Origin: Squalus acanthias
Lineage: Eukaryota
Direction: 5' to 3'
DNA length: 64,000 nt
NCBI GenBank assembly: GCA_030390025.1
Contig: CM059433.1
Span: 23,686,001 to 23,750,000, forward strand
Shown: positions 62,727 to 64,000 of the stretch, piece after piece
Layout of the letters: each line of letters begins with the position of its first letter
How positions within the stretch are numbered: position 1 is the stretch's first letter
Translations under genes and position numbers: made by a program
Notes under the pieces: model-generated
The model's database searches: none
The model's input: only the letters and a program-made list of their open reading frames with translations
What the model was told of the DNA's origin: nothing

Positions 62727-63698
62727 CCTTGGCAGCAAAATGGATTCACAGGTCTCTCCAGGCCGAGATTCAAGGCTGCAATGAGCAGGGTGTGGCTGGG
62801 GAGCAAGTTGGCCCCCCCCGCTTTAAGAAGTGGCCGGCGCCAGTGTGTCTGTGTTCCCTCGCTAACTGGCAGCAGCTGCGCTGCGCTCGCGCGCTGTGTA
62901 AGCGCCTCACTGCTCGGCCTTTGCGCCTTAAGACAGGTGTGCAGCGCCTGATTTAGCGCTCCACTCACCTCCCGGGGCGGTAAAAGTGAAGTTTCCAGTC
63001 AGTGCCGATAATTAGCGCCAGGCGCTAATATTTGCGTCCAGATGATATTTGCGCCCCAAATGGGGCGCGACCTAATTTTTCCCCCTTAATTTATTGTAAT
63101 TTCAAGTCATTTTAAAAATGTGATTTTTTTTAAATTTATTTAAAGTTTTACTGTGTTTTTGGGGTGATCTCCATTCATATATTTGACAGGTCTTCCTGTC
63201 AAATGTATGAAGGGAGATTCCCTTCTGTGATTGGCTCCCCATGGCCCACGTGATCCCAGGGACGCTGCGAACTACATGCGCCTCTGGGATACGTGGGCCC
63301 TGCGCACTTCTAGTTTGAAGAGGCCCAGGAGCGGAAGCGTGTGCGTCCCGGGAGCCCTCAGGTAAGGGCACAGATTTTTCTAGATCACAGGCCTCCGCCC
63401 ACGGGAGGCCTGCGATCGGAAAATATGGGCCAATATGTTTGGATGGAGGGCTATATGCCTGAATATCCGGAACTAAAAACAGAAAATGTTGGAAGTACAC
63501 AGCAAATCAGTCAGGAAATGTATAAAAAAAAATCAAGTTATGGCATTTCAGGGGTGTAACTATGTGATAGGTGTCTGAAAATGTTCCGGTGAGCTGATCT
63601 TGTGAGAGGCAGTCAGAATCCAGTACAGGTATTTGTAGAGAAAAAAAAATTAAAAGGTTGAGAAGTATTTACAAGCTGCAGAAATAACTGTGAAAATA

Positions 63699-63900
63699 AA
63701 GAAAGACATGCATTTATATAGCGCCTTTCACAACCTCAAGTCATCCCCGAGAATCTGCTTTTTGTGATATTGATTGAGGGATAAATATCGGCCAGGACAC
63801 CGGGGATAACTCCCCTGCTCTTCTTCGAAATAGTGCCACGGGATCTTTTACGCCCACCTGAGAGAGCAGACGGGGCCTCAGTTTAACGTCTCATCCGAAA
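63699..63900 (-). mobile_element. Deu-domain SINE fragment, internally deleted
   Basis: Tail and Deu core match. Confidence 0.8.
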
Positions 63901-64000
63901 GCCGGATGACCCTGTGTAATTTTTCCGGATTCTTTAAGCTCACAAACTCCTCACTCTGCCTTGATCAGCTGATCCTTGCAGCTGCTACACTTTATAAAAT

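Larger units (their letters stand above)
58923..63085 (+). mobile_element. Full-length, apparently intact PIF/Harbinger DNA transposon (4,163 bp)
   Basis: TIR GGGGTAGAAATT/AATTTTTCCCCC, TTA TSD (58920-58922 and 63086-63088), two convergent intact genes. Confidence 0.95.
58553..63431 (+). mobile_element. GGCC-TIR MITE (~713 bp) split by the full-length Harbinger
   Basis: AAT TSD (58550-58552 and 63432-63434); halves colinear with 34063-34809. Confidence 0.9.

Noticed and set aside
1..64000. CRISPR array or prokaryotic operon
   Set aside because: No regularly spaced repeat-spacer pattern; the content is vertebrate-type interspersed repeats with spliceosomal introns

Overview
Eukaryotic, repeat-saturated genomic DNA. 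The SINE/LINE content (HE1/V-SINE-type SINE, Deu-domain SINEs, CR1 and L2 LINEs, Penelope ends) points to a cartilaginous fish, most likely a shark; this is an inference. No host protein-coding exon or RNA gene could be recognised. Main elements: (i) an apparently intact 4,163-bp PIF/Harbinger DNA transposon (58923-63085, TTA TSD) with an uninterrupted DDE transposase ORF and a convergent 3-exon Myb/SANT-like partner gene, plus non-autonomous relatives and many older relics; (ii) a full-length but disabled Ty3/Gypsy LTR retrotransposon with CsRn1-lineage hallmarks (23461-27716); (iii) a 1,673-bp solo LTR whose empty site is preserved in a paralogue within the window; (iv) Penelope terminal pieces carrying minimal hammerhead-ribozyme motifs, one of them a 174-bp palindrome; (v) several MITE families and deep nesting of elements. 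Boundaries with a stated TSD were read base by base; boundaries of old, degraded repeats are approximate.
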